From: Amoebidium appalachense
Taxonomy: Eukaryota; Protista; Ichthyosporea
Assembly: GCA_963693365.1 (NCBI GenBank)
Contig: CAVNZM010000014.1
Location: 7,130,001 to 7,194,000 of the forward strand
DNA length: 64,000 nucleotides
Reading direction: 5' to 3'
Part shown: piece by piece, positions 57,439 to 64,000 of the stretch
Layout of the letters: the number at the start of each line of letters is the position of its first letter
Numbering within the stretch: the first letter of the stretch is position 1
Made by a program: the position numbers and the translations under genes
Notes under the pieces: model-generated
The model's input: only the letters and a program-made list of their open reading frames with translations
Database searches by the model: none
What the model was told of the DNA's origin: nothing

Positions 57439-64000
<6,562 letters not shown>

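Overview
Eukaryotic genomic DNA, probably opisthokont (weak inference), saturated with (CA/GT)n, (GA/CT)n, (GGGA)n and long poly-G/poly-C tracts. Almost all long ORFs in the supplied track are microsatellite artefacts. Reading splice sites by hand recovers one large minus-strand gene (~42369 to 4081, roughly 29 GT-AG exons, ~1350 aa). It encodes a coiled-coil N-terminus, a triplicated 39-nt acidic micro-exon, a long Glu/Lys-rich region, an unrecognised central region and a divergent C-terminal SET domain; one exon carries a 1-nt frameshift in a G8 run. Upstream on the same strand are two exons resembling the start of a parvulin PIN4/Par14 gene, with no catalytic exons found. A poorly supported plus-strand multi-exon gene may occupy ~46.7-54.6 kb. 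The right end holds an array of ~33-bp hairpin repeats with spacers (54.9-55.6 kb, plus an inverted copy at 56.2 kb), a single 5S rRNA gene (57317-57435) and, directly after it, a G/T-skewed composite satellite that switches variant at ~59.3 kb and runs off the window. Several TE remnants are present: a Helitron-like 3' end, MITE-like elements, a possible solo LTR and a dispersed repeat.
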